Positions 63,452 through 64,000 of a DNA stretch of 64,000 nucleotides are shown piece by piece. Made by a program: the position numbers and the translations under genes. The notes beneath the pieces were generated by a model that was not told the DNA's origin, searched no databases, and saw only the letters and a list, made by a program, of their open reading frames with translations. This stretch comes from Eledone cirrhosa. Taxonomy: Eukaryota. Every line of letters begins with the position of its first letter. Positions within the stretch are counted from its first letter, which is position 1. The DNA is taken from contig OZ024741.1 of NCBI GenBank assembly GCA_964016885.1, forward strand, positions 388,802,001 to 388,866,000, read 5' to 3'.

Positions 63452-64000
63452 TCATCATCATCATCATCAACGTTTAACGTCCGTGTTCCACGCTTGCATG
63501 GGTTTGGACGGGGGTAGTCCCACTTGAGGCAAGAGTGATTGTCTTGCTCGCATAGGACTGTCTGGCAGGTTTTCTACAGTTGGATGCCCTTCTTAACACC
63601 AACCACATTTACAGTGTGGGTCTGGGAGGTTTTTACCGTGTTGCCTACACGGCCACATTACAGCGTGGACTGTGTGTTTTTTTGTCGTGACACCTACACA
63701 ATCTCATTTGTTTCGGCCTGGATGGTGTGGCACCAACATAACTTTACATAGAACGGGGTGGTGTGGATGGGGTGGGGGTGGTGGGACGGGGGGGGGGGGT
63801 ATTTTGTTAGAGATGCCTACTGGCTGTAGTAGGTTTTACTATGTATTTAGGTAAGGCGGATCTTCTCTGTTACTGAGTACCGCCAAAGGTCTCGGTCCAG
63901 TGACATTGTCTTGGAGAGGTGTAAGTGTGTGAGGTCGGAGTTTATCAGCTCGTCCCAGGTTTTTCTAGGTCTGCCTATTCCGTGGCTGCCGTCTATCTTT
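63452..64000 (-). mobile_element. RTE family 2 LINE 3' end (runs off the window)
   Basis: Reverse-complement match to ~9075-9622, including the GRPRKTWDELINSDL coding end and the (GAT)n tail. Confidence 0.88.

Overview
AT-rich, repeat-dense eukaryotic genomic DNA. It is not prokaryotic. The tRNA-derived SINE families, RTE LINEs and (TA)n/(CA)n arrays resemble a coleoid cephalopod (Octopus-like) genome, but that assignment is an inference. I recognise no intact host protein-coding exon. Most of the ORF track is microsatellite translation or decayed transposon sequence. Retroelements: a CR1 3' end, two RTE-clade LINE families, Penelope-like (PLE) and CRE fragments, and many tRNA-SINE copies. 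DNA elements: hAT, piggyBac and Tc/mariner MITEs, two Helitron-like elements, and an internally deleted Chapaev3-type transposon with TIRs and TSD intact. There is also a probable CpG-rich promoter and non-coding first exon (~18.6-19.0 kb, + strand) followed by what looks like a long intron. The most notable observations are: (1) a type I hammerhead-ribozyme fold at 3716-3797 inside a ~300-400 bp non-coding, microsatellite-associated repeat present in three direct or inverted copies (PLE/retrozyme-like); (2) a C4-H-C3 PHD-type finger inside the ORF of one RTE family; (3) unusual retrotransposition junctions (a 56-bp TSD around a 24-nt insert, an inverted/deleted RTE, a chimeric SINE). All calls were made by eye, and boundaries of decayed elements are approximate.
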